Below the pieces are notes generated by a model. The model was not told the origin of the DNA. It saw only the letters and a list, made by a program, of their open reading frames with translations, and did not search any database. Below, piece by piece: positions 31,019 through 40,365 of a DNA stretch of 64,000 bases. The DNA comes from an uncultured Actinomycetes bacterium (lineage in GTDB: Bacteria > Actinomycetota > UBA4738 > HRBIN12). How positions within the stretch are numbered: position 1 is the stretch's first letter; every line of letters starts with the position of its first letter. The translations under genes and the position numbers were made by a program. The DNA is taken from NCBI GenBank assembly GCA_963704885.1, contig CAVPIB010000004.1:64001-128000 (forward strand). The letters run 5' to 3'.

Positions 31019-32584
31019 ATGACCGGACGAGCCGGCCGGCACGCGGTTCGCTCCAAGGTCCCGTTCCCGATGCTGCTCCTGGCCTTAGCGCTCGTGGCGG
31101 GTGGGATCACGCTGTGGCAGGTGCTCCGCAGCGATGACCGGGATCGGGCCGGTGCGCCGGTATCCACGACCTCGGGACCCACGAGCGCGGCGTCGTCCGT
31201 GGCCTCCTCCGCGGCCCCGTCGGCCCCGCCTACGGACCCCGTGGCCACGCCCGGCCCGATCAACACTTCGTTCCGCGGGATCACGACGTTCCGAGGTAAC
31301 GCCACCCGCACGTACTACGGCGAGGGACCCGTCCCCATGGACCCGGTGATCCGGTGGCAGTCCCCGGAGGGCGGCGGCTTGTGCTCGACCTCCTCAGACC
31401 AGTTCGGATCGAGGCTCTGGTGCGGGACCGGGTGGACGGGCCAGCCCAACGTCATCGTGCATGACGACGGCACGATCGAGATCCGTGAGGGCGCATACGA
31501 CGGCAACTACCACTTCCTCAACGGCCGGACGGGGCGTGCGATCCGTCCCGAGCTGGTGACCGGGGATCTGGCGAAGGGGTCCGCCACGTCGGATCCCGAG
31601 GGGTACCCGCTCTTCTACGCCGGCTCTCGGGACGACCTGTTCCGGATCATCGCGCTCGACCGCCCCTCGCCGACCGTCCTGTGGTCCATCGACAGCGGGT
31701 CCACAGTCTCGAGGCCTCTATGGAACAGCGACTGGGATGGGGCCGCGCTCGTCATCGGCGACTACCTGCTGGAGGGAGGCGAGAACAGCTGGCTCTACGT
31801 GGTGAAGCTGAACAGGAGCTACGACGACGAGGGGAAGGTCCAGGTCGACCCGAAGATCGTGGCGACGATCCCGGGTTTCGACGATCAGTTGCTCTCGGAC
31901 CTGGGCGACCAGGAGGTATCCATCGAGAACTCGGTCGCGTTCCGCGACGGGGTCGTGTACTTCGCCAACTCGGGTGGGTTGGTCCAGGGTTGGGACATAT
32001 CGGATCTGCTCGAAGGCGGGGAGAAGTACCGGAGGGTGTTCCGGTTCTGGACCGGAGACGACACCGACGCCTCGATCGTGATCGACGACGACGGCGCGCT
32101 GTACGTGGCGAGCGAGTACCAACGGTTCAACGAACGATCTCAGCAGCTGGGACAGCTCATGAAGCTCAACCCCGCGCACCCGAACGCCCCGGTCGTGTGG
32201 AGCATCCCGGCAACGGAGATCGGATTCGAGGGGGCCGGAGGGAGTTGGTCGACGCCGGCGCTCTACGGCGACCACGTCTACTTCACGACGGCGGCCGGCC
32301 GCGTGTTGGAGGTCGATCGCGAGACCGGTGAGATCGTGTGGGAGCTGGATATCGGGTCACCCGCGATCGCGTCGCCTGTCGTGGTGGACGGCGTGTTGAT
32401 CCAAGGGGACTGCACGGGGGCGCTGTACGCCTGGGACGTGTCCGACCCCACGAAACGGCCACCCCGGCTCTGGACTCTCCACCTCCCCGGCTGCGTGGAG
32501 TCGACCCCGGCGGTGTGGCACGGGTGGATCTATGTGGGCACCCGAGCAGGACAGCTGTACGGGCTGGCGGATCCTCCCAAGTAG
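31019..32584 (+). CDS. Membrane-anchored PQQ-like beta-propeller repeat protein
   Basis: N-terminal TM and S/P/T linker; TFRGN..R..YG; repeated WxxxxG/STPA/SPVV blades. Confidence 0.8.
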   Translation: MTGRAGRHAVRSKVPFPMLLLALALVAGGITLWQVLRSDDRDRAGAPVSTTSGPTSAASSVASSAAPSAPPTDPVATPGPINTSFRGITTFRGNATRTYYGEGPVPMDPVIRWQSPEGGGLCSTSSDQFGSRLWCGTGWTGQPNVIVHDDGTIEIREGAYDGNYHFLNGRTGRAIRPELVTGDLAKGSATSDPEGYPLFYAGSRDDLFRIIALDRPSPTVLWSIDSGSTVSRPLWNSDWDGAALVIGDYLLEGGENSWLYVVKLNRSYDDEGKVQVDPKIVATIPGFDDQLLSDLGDQEVSIENSVAFRDGVVYFANSGGLVQGWDISDLLEGGEKYRRVFRFWTGDDTDASIVIDDDGALYVASEYQRFNERSQQLGQLMKLNPAHPNAPVVWSIPATEIGFEGAGGSWSTPALYGDHVYFTTAAGRVLEVDRETGEIVWELDIGSPAIASPVVVDGVLIQGDCTGALYAWDVSDPTKRPPRLWTLHLPGCVESTPAVWHGWIYVGTRAGQLYGLADPPK

Positions 32585-32587
32585 CGG

Positions 32588-33529
32588 TCAAGAAAGGAAC
32601 GGGAACTCGGCCCGCAGCTGCGAGGTGTGCCAGGCGACGAGCGCGAACCCCGCCAGGATCAGTCCGCCGAAGCCGAGGATGAGGATGGCTCGCCGCTGGG
32701 GGGCCGACCCAACGCCTTCAGCCGCGAACCCCGCGACCAGTCCTGCCAGGAACCCGCCGACGTGCGCGCGCCAGTCGATCCCAGGTACCGATAGCGAGAA
32801 CACCGCGTTGATCACCAAGAGCATCACGGCACCTCGAAGGCGCGCCGACGCGATCGCCAGATGCCGGCGACGGTAGTTGTAGGTCACGAACGCTCCGAAG
32901 ATCCCGAAGACTGCCCCGGAGGCGCCCACCCCCACGGCGTTCGGGCCGAACGCGTAAGACGCAGCGCTCGCGAAGAACCCGGCCGCGAAGAAGATCAGCA
33001 GGAACCGCAGATGTCCGAGCTCCCGCTCGACCACCGAGCCGAATATCCAAAGGGCATACGCGTTGAACGCGATGTGGAACAGGCCGGCGTGAAGGAACAC
33101 CGCCGTCATGAGCCGCCAGTATTGGCCCGTGGCGACACCGATCAGTCCGCCGTCAGCGCTCTGGGCCAAGGCCACCGACGCACCCAGGTCGACCAACCTA
33201 TCTATGGACGGCCCGGTCATGAGTGAGCCGGCCCCGCCCGAGACGATCTCGAGCAGGTACGCCGCCCCGATCAAGCCGAGCAGGATCGACGTGGCAGTGG
33301 CTCCTCTGCGGATGTTCGCCACGGCGACCCGTCGTCCCGGGCCCTTGCGGTACTCGCTGCGGGCCTCGGCCACGCAGTCGGGGCAGTGGTGGCCGACCGG
33401 CGCGGGGATCATGCAATCGGGGCAGATGGGGCGCCCACAGCGCGTGCAATGCACACCTGTCTCGACCTCCGGGTGCCGGTAACAGCGCTCTGTGGTCGGC
33501 GGGGGTGGGAGCGTGGCCGCCTCGTCCAT
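32588..33529 (-). CDS. Rhomboid intramembrane serine protease with N-terminal B-box-like zinc finger
   Basis: CYRHP..CTRCGRPICPDC; WRLMTAVFLH, HIAFN, GASG, AHVGG. Confidence 0.93.
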   Translation of the reverse strand: MDEAATLPPPPTTERCYRHPEVETGVHCTRCGRPICPDCMIPAPVGHHCPDCVAEARSEYRKGPGRRVAVANIRRGATATSILLGLIGAAYLLEIVSGGAGSLMTGPSIDRLVDLGASVALAQSADGGLIGVATGQYWRLMTAVFLHAGLFHIAFNAYALWIFGSVVERELGHLRFLLIFFAAGFFASAASYAFGPNAVGVGASGAVFGIFGAFVTYNYRRRHLAIASARLRGAVMLLVINAVFSLSVPGIDWRAHVGGFLAGLVAGFAAEGVGSAPQRRAILILGFGGLILAGFALVAWHTSQLRAEFPFLS

Positions 33530-33568
33530 CCGGCCATGGTACGGGTCGGGACCGGCTGCGTTGGCGGA

Positions 33569-34510
33569 TCAGGTCGGAGCGTGCGATCCGTGTTCGTGGG
33601 GATCGACGTGAACCGAGACCTCGCCCAAGCGCGGGACCTGGCTGAGCAGTGCCGCCCGGACGCTCTCGGCGATGTCGTGCCCCGACTCAACAGATATGCG
33701 GGGAGCGACGTCGATCGCCAGCTCGGCACGCAGGCTGTGTCCGATCCACCGAGCTCGGGTCTCCGTGACGTGCTCCACGCCCGGGACGGCCGCCGCCGCC
33801 GTTTCCATCAAACGGACCGTCGCCTCATCCGTCCCGTCCAGGATGCGATGCAAGACCGCCCTGGTCGCTTCGATGAGCGTGTAGATGATCACGAGTGAGA
33901 TCAGCAGGCCGAAGAACGCATCGGCCCTGGCGAAACCGGCCATGACTCCCACCGAGCCGGCGACCACACCCAGCGACGTGAGGCCATCGGCGCGTGCATG
34001 GAGGCCGTCCGCCACGAGAGCCGCTGAGCCGATCCGGCGCCCGACCCGGATGCGATATACGGCGACCGCTTCGTTGCCGGCGAACCCGATGATGCCGGCC
34101 GCGAGTACGACGCCGACGTGGCGGAGCGACGTCGGGTGTCTCAGCCGGTCGATCGCCTCGACGGTCGCGAAGACCGCGGACGCGGCGATGAGCAGAACGA
34201 TAGCCAGGCCCGCGACGTCCTCGGCACGGTGGTACCCGTAGGTGTACCGGTGGTTGGCGGGCCGTCGGCTCAGCCGGAAGGCGATCAACAGCGGGACGGC
34301 CGTCAGCGCGTCCGTGAAGTTGTGGATCGTGTCGGCGAGCAGAGCGACGGACCCCGTCAGCAGGACGACCACGAGTTGCGCGACGGCGGTAAGGCCGAGG
34401 AGACCGAGGGAGATCCACGTGGTGCGAACTCCGCTCGCGGTGGCGAGCAACGCGGCGTCGGGGGTCCCGAAGTGTTCGTGCGGATGTAGGTGCCGTTCGT
34501 CGTCTACCAT
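33569..34510 (-). CDS. Cation diffusion facilitator (CDF) transporter
   Basis: SVALLADTIHNFTD, YTYGYHRAED, ADGLHARAD, VHVDP; His-rich N-terminus. Confidence 0.93.
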   Translation of the reverse strand: MVDDERHLHPHEHFGTPDAALLATASGVRTTWISLGLLGLTAVAQLVVVLLTGSVALLADTIHNFTDALTAVPLLIAFRLSRRPANHRYTYGYHRAEDVAGLAIVLLIAASAVFATVEAIDRLRHPTSLRHVGVVLAAGIIGFAGNEAVAVYRIRVGRRIGSAALVADGLHARADGLTSLGVVAGSVGVMAGFARADAFFGLLISLVIIYTLIEATRAVLHRILDGTDEATVRLMETAAAAVPGVEHVTETRARWIGHSLRAELAIDVAPRISVESGHDIAESVRAALLSQVPRLGEVSVHVDPHEHGSHAPT

Positions 34511-34528
34511 CGGTTGGACCGATGGTAG
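34504..34528. promoter_or_regulatory. Perfect 11-bp inverted repeat covering the CDF -10 box and start codon
   Basis: CTACCATCGGT-TGG-ACCGATGGTAG. Confidence 0.55.
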
Positions 34529-34554
34529 TCAGCGCGAGGCCGCGAGGTCAGGAG

Positions 34555-34586
34555 TCATGCGCTCATGCGCTCATGCGCTCATGCGC
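34555..34586. repeat. Tandem repeat (TCATGCGC)x4
   Basis: Four exact 8-mers spanning the lipoprotein stop codon and the CDF upstream region. Confidence 0.9.
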
Positions 34587-35560
34587 GGAAGTTGGGCCAG
34601 CTCCTCGGCGATCTCGTCCTGATCGAAGAGCGGTCCCCAACGGTCCACGATGATCCCGTCGGAACCGATCAGGTAGACCCACGGCTCCGTGAGATCGCCG
34701 TTTCGAAAGAGCCAGTCCGCGGCAGCCTTGTTGATGACCTGCTCCGAGGCGTTGCGCCAGATCTCGACGTGTATGAAGACGGCGCGGTCCGAGTAGCGCT
34801 CGGCGAGGTCGGCCACCGAGTCCACCTCGGGGCCGCAGAACAGGCTCACGCAGAACGTTGGGGTGGCGAAGATCACGACGATCGGCCGGTGCGCGATGAG
34901 CGCGTCGGCGATCGTGGTCGCGTGCAGCTCGGGGTCGGGCACGTCCTCCCCGTCGAGGGCGCGCGAGTCGATCGCCGACGCAGGAGCGTCCGTCGAGTCC
35001 ATGGTTAGGTTCTCTGTGCGGAGGGCTTCGTCGCCCGGTGCGGGCAGCGTGTGTAGTTCTCCGACCGGGAACGTCGTAGTGAGGGTTTGTGTGCCGGAGC
35101 CCGGGATGTCGGCGGTGACCTCCGCCTGCCAGACGCCGGCCTGTTCGAACACCACCCCTTCCGCCTGATAGATGCCTCTGGCCTCGGAGGGCGCCGACAG
35201 CTCAGGAGTGGCTCCGCCCTCCGGCATGCCGAAAGCGCTCAGGTAGGTCCCTCTCACGTCTTGTCCCGGCTCCGATGAGCTCGATCCGTCGCCGAGGAAC
35301 GTGAAACGGAACGTGACCTGGCCGAAGGTGAGCAACTTCACGCCGTCTGCGTCGCTCGAGAAGATCCCGAGCGAGAACCTCTGCGGCGAACCGGCGGCCA
35401 GGTCGGCGCTCGCGACCGACGCCGCGAGCGAGGAAGCCGCGGTGGCGGATGAGGACGGATCCGCGACGACGGGGTCGTCCGATCCCGTACAGGCGCCCGC
35501 CAAGAGACCGACGGTGAGCGCGATCGATAGGAGGATCCGGCGGGAGGGCATCGCGTTCAT
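34571..35560 (-). CDS. Lipoprotein with C-terminal thioredoxin-like domain
   Basis: Lipobox LAGAC; FATPTFCVSLFCGP, FIHVEIW, TEPWVYLIG.DG. Confidence 0.8.
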   Translation of the reverse strand: MNAMPSRRILLSIALTVGLLAGACTGSDDPVVADPSSSATAASSLAASVASADLAAGSPQRFSLGIFSSDADGVKLLTFGQVTFRFTFLGDGSSSSEPGQDVRGTYLSAFGMPEGGATPELSAPSEARGIYQAEGVVFEQAGVWQAEVTADIPGSGTQTLTTTFPVGELHTLPAPGDEALRTENLTMDSTDAPASAIDSRALDGEDVPDPELHATTIADALIAHRPIVVIFATPTFCVSLFCGPEVDSVADLAERYSDRAVFIHVEIWRNASEQVINKAAADWLFRNGDLTEPWVYLIGSDGIIVDRWGPLFDQDEIAEELAQLPRMSA

Positions 35561-35588
35561 CTTCTCGCGTCCGGCTCGTAACGACCGG

Positions 35589-36098
35589 TCAGAGCGAGCC
35601 CTCGTGGCGAAGGAGCCATCGCTTGCGGTCCTCGAACCGGCCGTACCCTCCGACCGTCCCTCCCACATGAACGACGCGATGGCAGGGCACGTAGAGCTCC
35701 ATGGGGCAGCGGCTCAAGGCGTTCCCCGCGGCCCGTCCGCCCCTTGGGGAGCCGGCTGCGGCCGCTATGTCTCCGTAGGTGGCGAGCTCCCCGAACGCGA
35801 CCCTGATCGTTGCGTCCAGGACCCTGCGCCCGAACCCTCCCGGAGCTAGCGAGAGATCCACAGGGGTTCGGAACGGACGGGGAGAGCCACCGAAGTAGCC
35901 GCCGATCTCCCGGCGAACGGATGCGAGCCCCCGACCGTGACGCGCGATCGGGACATCGAGTCTCTGCTCGATCCGCTCGAGCTCCACGTCGAGGTCCCCG
36001 TCGTCGAAGGACGTAGCCACGACACCCCGAGGGGTCACCACGATGGCGAGCCTCCCGAGAGGCGTCTCGACCGTGGTGCAGACCGGTACGTCCATCAC
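35589..36098 (-). CDS. ogt: Methylated-DNA-protein-cysteine methyltransferase
   Basis: TPLG, TYGDIA, RAAGNA, PCHRVV, KRWLL.HE. Confidence 0.93.
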   Translation of the reverse strand: MMDVPVCTTVETPLGRLAIVVTPRGVVATSFDDGDLDVELERIEQRLDVPIARHGRGLASVRREIGGYFGGSPRPFRTPVDLSLAPGGFGRRVLDATIRVAFGELATYGDIAAAAGSPRGGRAAGNALSRCPMELYVPCHRVVHVGGTVGGYGRFEDRKRWLLRHEGSL

Positions 36099-36805
36099 AC
36101 CGGCGGCCAGGGATAGGGACGTCCCGGTCCCGGCTCGGGGAAGGCGCCGGTCTCGATCACCGTCTGGATCCGGTCGCCGAGCGCCTGGAGTTCCTCGACC
36201 GACAGCAGCTCGGCCAGTTCGTCACGGAGCGCACCCTGTCCCAGGCGCTCTCGCAGCTGAGTCAGGTCTGCCAGGATCTCCGGCTCGATCGTCTCGCCGA
36301 CGAACCTCCAGATCACCGTGCGGAGCTTCGCCTCGTGGTGGAAGCAGACGCCGTGATCCACCACCCAGATCGTGTCGTCGGGGGCTAGGAGGCAATGGCC
36401 CCCTTTGCGATCGGCGTTGTTGGCGATGAGATCGAACACGGCGACGCGCCGGAACACGTCGTCCCTCGTTCCCTCCAGGGTGAAGTAGTGCTCGGCAGGG
36501 TCGAACTCCATGAACAGTTGCACCGAGCCGGGACCCTCGGGGCCGTCCCGGAGCAGGGTGGGAGGAACATCGGGCCATCCGAGCTCGCGAGCGACCAGGT
36601 ACGCCGCAACTTCCCTCTGACAGAGGGTCCCTCGCGGGAAGTCCCACAGGGGCGTCTCGCCCCGTCTCGGCTTGTACACGGCCAGGACATCGCGCTCCGG
36701 GGTCCGCGCGCGTGCCAAGAACGTGTAGTTCGATGAGTTCGGTAGCAGGCCAAGGAGCTCGATCTCTCCGGAGGCTAGGGCGGAGAGCTCCAGCGGATGG
36801 GTCAC
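36095..36805 (-). CDS. SCO1664-family PI3/4-kinase-like protein
   Basis: SNYTF, VYKP..GE.PLWDFP, REVAAY, NNADRKGGH, DHGVCF, YPWPPV. Confidence 0.9.
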   Translation of the reverse strand: MTHPLELSALASGEIELLGLLPNSSNYTFLARARTPERDVLAVYKPRRGETPLWDFPRGTLCQREVAAYLVARELGWPDVPPTLLRDGPEGPGSVQLFMEFDPAEHYFTLEGTRDDVFRRVAVFDLIANNADRKGGHCLLAPDDTIWVVDHGVCFHHEAKLRTVIWRFVGETIEPEILADLTQLRERLGQGALRDELAELLSVEELQALGDRIQTVIETGAFPEPGPGRPYPWPPV

Positions 36806-37326
36806 GCGCGCTTCGAGTGCCCGTTCATGGCGGGGCATGCGTGGAGGCCCTCCGGGTCGAGCGGGTTGCCGCAGAACTGACACGTGGGGCGTCCGCGGTC
36901 GGCCACCTCCGCGGAGTGTCGCGAGAGGGCGAACATCTGCTCACGCGTTGCCCACAGGCGGAGGATCTCGGCCTCGGAGCGGAGGAGTAGCTCCGGGTCA
37001 CCTTCATCGAGGTCGGGTTGGAACTCCTCGATCTCCAACATGAACAGGTCGGAGTCCTCCTCGTAGCCGATCGACAGCCGCCCGGCGCGCCACCGCAGTT
37101 CGAACGGCTCTTCTAGATCCAAGGCGTCCTCGTCTGGCCCTGTCCCGGTCTCGAGGCCGATCGTGGCGAGCAGATCGAGCACCGACGCTGCGAGGAGTTG
37201 CACCTGCTCCTTCTCAACGAGCACCGTGACCAGGTCGTCGCCACGGCGCGCCTGAAGGTAGAACGTGCGCGCTCCAGGCTCCCCGATGGCGTCCGCGGTG
37301 ATGCGATCCACGCGGTCGAGGTCCAT
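36802..37326 (-). CDS. DUF3090 family protein
   Basis: AIGEPGARTFYLQA, EKEQV, GRPTCQFCGNPLDPEG.HACP.MNGH. Confidence 0.9.
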   Translation of the reverse strand: MDLDRVDRITADAIGEPGARTFYLQARRGDDLVTVLVEKEQVQLLAASVLDLLATIGLETGTGPDEDALDLEEPFELRWRAGRLSIGYEEDSDLFMLEIEEFQPDLDEGDPELLLRSEAEILRLWATREQMFALSRHSAEVADRGRPTCQFCGNPLDPEGLHACPAMNGHSKRA

Positions 37327-37331
37327 GCCGC

Positions 37332-37976
37332 CTATCCTCGCAGGTTCCGTTTCGGGCGCGGTGGGGGAGCGAAGCGCGCCAGGCCGCCGCCGTCATCGTT
37401 CACCAGCAAGACGTGTGGTTCTCCCTGTCCGAGGTGCACCACAGACACGGAGGCCGGGTCGACGACAGTACGTTGGAAGCGATCCAGGTGCGCGCCGGCA
37501 TTGTGGGCCACGAGCATCCGGATCACGTCGCCGTGCGAGCCGACCGCCACGCGGCCACGCGGATGGCGGGCGACGATGGCATGCACCTCGGCCAGCGCCC
37601 GCGCCATCGCCTCGGCGAACGATTCTCCCTCAGGGAACCGGAAATGCGATGGTCGCTCGATAACCTCCCGCCACAACCGGGTGCGGCGGAGCTGCGCCAA
37701 AGAGCGGTTCGTCCAGGTGCCAGTGTCCATCTCGACCAGACCGGCACGTGGCACGACCTCGAGTTTCTGGCGGGCGCCCAGAGGCTCCATGGTCTGCATG
37801 CAGCGTTCCAGCGGGCTCGAATAGAGGGCGGTGAGGCGCACACTCGAGAATCGTTCGGCCAGCCGTTCGGCTTGAGCGCGCCCGCGATCGTCGAGCGGTA
37901 TGCCGGGCGTCCGGCCGTAGAGGGTCATGCCGGTGACGGCCGTGAGTCCGTGACGGATCAGGAAGAGGGTGGTCAT
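37332..37976 (-). CDS. Histidine phosphatase family protein (MSMEG_4193-like)
   Basis: LIRHG, GRTPGI.LD, SSPLERC, SHGDVI, HLDRFQR. Confidence 0.9.
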   Translation of the reverse strand: MTTLFLIRHGLTAVTGMTLYGRTPGIPLDDRGRAQAERLAERFSSVRLTALYSSPLERCMQTMEPLGARQKLEVVPRAGLVEMDTGTWTNRSLAQLRRTRLWREVIERPSHFRFPEGESFAEAMARALAEVHAIVARHPRGRVAVGSHGDVIRMLVAHNAGAHLDRFQRTVVDPASVSVVHLGQGEPHVLLVNDDGGGLARFAPPPRPKRNLRG

Positions 37977-38014
37977 GGGCGCCCGCAGCATACGCGGCGG
38001 CCGGACCGTCCGAG

Positions 38015-39196
38015 CTACGTGGGGATCGGTTCCGACCCGGGGTCGGTCCCGATCGGCAGGCGAACCTCGAACGTCGAGCCGCGGCCCAGCTCGCTTCGCA
38101 CCGTCACGGTTCCTCTGTGGTTCTCAGCCACATGCCGCACGATCGCCAAGCCGAGTCCGGTGCCCCCGGTCTCACGCGATCGCGCCCGATCCACGCGGTA
38201 GAAACGTTCGAACACGCGGGGGATGTCCTTGGTCGGGATGCCTACCCCGGAATCCTCCACCCGCAGGACCACCTCGTTCGATACGGCTGACACTGTGACG
38301 TGCACGGTGCCTCCGGAGGGCGTGTATCGGATGGCGTTGTCCAAGAGGTTGCGTACCAGGAGGCCGAGATCTCGCGCGGAGCCTTGGATCGAAGGAACGG
38401 GCTCGACGTCGATCGTCAGCGACAGGTCGGTCTCGCGTGCGGCTTCCTGGAAGCGCCGTCCCTCATCGTGAACCAGTCGATCGATCGGAACGGCGTCGCT
38501 CAGTTCGCTCCCGGACTCCAAGCGGGACAGGTCGAGTAGGTCGCTCACGATCCGCGACAGTCGGATCGCCTCCCGCTCCAGCTGTTGGGCGAAGTGTTGG
38601 ACCGCGTCCGGGTCATCCTGAGCGGCGTGCCGAAGGGTCTCCGCGGCGGCTCGGATCGACGCGGCGGGCGTCTTCAGCTCGTGCGATGCGTTCGCCACGA
38701 AGTCCCTCCTGATGGCCTCGAGGCGCCTTGCCTCGGTCACGTCGCCGATGACGACAACGACGGATCCGTCGGCGCCCGCAGGCGTGGTGGTGACGCGTAG
38801 CCAACGGCTGGGCGATCCGATCTCGAAGTCGGCGATCTCGGCGTACCCCGTTTCCGCCGTCCGACGGATCATCTCCCGAAGCCCCGAGGGGAATACCTGC
38901 GCGAGCGCCTGGGGGCGCGACCCGAGGTGCCGCTCGATCGCGTCGTTGGCGAACGCCGTCCGCCAGCCGCCATCGAGGAGGAGCACGCCCTCCTTCATGG
39001 ATCCGAGGATGCGATCTTGTGCCTGTCGCTCCTCGCTCGCCGCCAGGGTGTGATCTTCGAGCTCCTCGGCCGAGCGTCGAGCGGCGCCCTCGAGAGCACG
39101 TATGCGGGCTCTTACGGAACGTCGTCCCGCCAAGTAGCCGGCGACGCCGGCGATCGCCCCGGCCACCAGCGAGCCCGTCACCATCGTCGTGCTCAT
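38015..39196 (-). CDS. Phosphate-regulon sensor histidine kinase (SenX3/PhoR-like)
   Basis: RRDFVANASHELKTP, NLLDNAIRY, DSGVGI, FERFYRVD.ARSR.TGGTGLGL; divergent from pstS. Confidence 0.9.
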   Translation of the reverse strand: MSTTMVTGSLVAGAIAGVAGYLAGRRSVRARIRALEGAARRSAEELEDHTLAASEERQAQDRILGSMKEGVLLLDGGWRTAFANDAIERHLGSRPQALAQVFPSGLREMIRRTAETGYAEIADFEIGSPSRWLRVTTTPAGADGSVVVVIGDVTEARRLEAIRRDFVANASHELKTPAASIRAAAETLRHAAQDDPDAVQHFAQQLEREAIRLSRIVSDLLDLSRLESGSELSDAVPIDRLVHDEGRRFQEAARETDLSLTIDVEPVPSIQGSARDLGLLVRNLLDNAIRYTPSGGTVHVTVSAVSNEVVLRVEDSGVGIPTKDIPRVFERFYRVDRARSRETGGTGLGLAIVRHVAENHRGTVTVRSELGRGSTFEVRLPIGTDPGSEPIPT

Positions 39197-39257
39197 CGAG
39201 CGCAGTGTAGGGGCCATCTGAGCTGCGGGTTCGCTGCGGTGGGCGCGCCTGCGGCGC

Positions 39258-39312
39258 GTTCACGCTCCGTTCATCCTGGGGCCCTCGACCGGACATCCCT
39301 ACTCCCTAGCAT
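39258..39312 (+). promoter_or_regulatory. PHO-box direct repeats and -10 of the pstS promoter
   Basis: GTTCAC (39258), GTTCAT (39269) and GGACAT (39291) in 11-nt register, then TAGCAT (39307). Confidence 0.7.
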
Positions 39313-39340
39313 CGTCTCGACACCCACGAGGAGGTAAGGG

Positions 39341-40339
39341 ATGCGGCAGGTGCGGCAGACTGGCATCGTCGTTGGGGTTCTCACTCTCATCCTCGTATCG
39401 ACCGCCTGCGGTGGGGATGCCAACGGTGGCGCCGGCGGAGCGGATCTCGCGGGGTCGCTCAGCATCTCGGGTTCGTCAACGGTCGAGCCGATCACGTCGC
39501 TCGTGGCCGAGAACTTCCGGTCGAGCAACCCTGGCGTCGACATCGTCGTCAACGGCCCCGGGACGAGCGATGGCTTCGCGCTCCTGTGCAACGGCGAGAC
39601 CGATATGAACGATGCCTCGCGTCAGATCAAGGACGAGGAGATCGCCTTATGCCAGGAGAACGGGATCGACTACCTCGAGCTAGCCATCGCGAAGGACGCG
39701 CTCACGGTCGTTGGCAACCCCGACAACCCGGTCGATTGCCTCTCGCTCGGTGACCTGTACGCGCTCTTCGGACCGGAATCCCAGGGCTTCGAGGATTGGT
39801 CGCAGGCGAACGCATTGGCGCAGGAAGTGGGCGGCAACGGCGGCTTCCCCGAAGTGCCCCTCACCATCGTGGCACCGGGTGAGGAGTCGGGCACGTACGG
39901 CTCGTTCATCGACCTCGCGACGAAGAGCATCGCCGAGGAGCGAGGCCAGGATCCCGATGACGTACTCCGGCCCGACTACCAGATCTCGGCCGACGACAAC
40001 GTGATCATCGACAGCGCGGGAGGGACGCCGGGCGGCCTCGGGTTCGTTGGTTTCGCCTACGCGCAGAACGCGGGCGGGTCGGTCAGGGAGTTCCAGATCG
40101 ACGATGGCGGAGGCTGCGTCGCGCCGAGTGAGGATACGGTGAACGATGGGACCTATCCGCTCGGGCGAACGCTCTATGTCTACGTAGGCAGAGAGAAGCT
40201 CGCCGGGAACGACGCCCTGGAGGCGTTCGTTGACTTCTACCTGAGCGACGAAGGACTCGCTGCGGCCACCGATGTCGGATACATCGCGTTGCCGGGGTCG
40301 GACCTCGATACGTCACGGGCAACCTGGGACTCCAGGTAG
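39341..40339 (+). CDS. pstS: Phosphate ABC transporter substrate-binding lipoprotein
   Basis: Lipobox STAC; GSSTVEP, DASR, SGTY..F, YPLGR.LYVY. Confidence 0.93.
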   Translation: MRQVRQTGIVVGVLTLILVSTACGGDANGGAGGADLAGSLSISGSSTVEPITSLVAENFRSSNPGVDIVVNGPGTSDGFALLCNGETDMNDASRQIKDEEIALCQENGIDYLELAIAKDALTVVGNPDNPVDCLSLGDLYALFGPESQGFEDWSQANALAQEVGGNGGFPEVPLTIVAPGEESGTYGSFIDLATKSIAEERGQDPDDVLRPDYQISADDNVIIDSAGGTPGGLGFVGFAYAQNAGGSVREFQIDDGGGCVAPSEDTVNDGTYPLGRTLYVYVGREKLAGNDALEAFVDFYLSDEGLAAATDVGYIALPGSDLDTSRATWDSR

Positions 40340-40365
40340 GGGGCCCAGCGGAGCGGAGGCTGAAC

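Noticed and set aside
34555-34586. CRISPR-like array
   Set aside because: 8-bp units with no spacers and no cas genes
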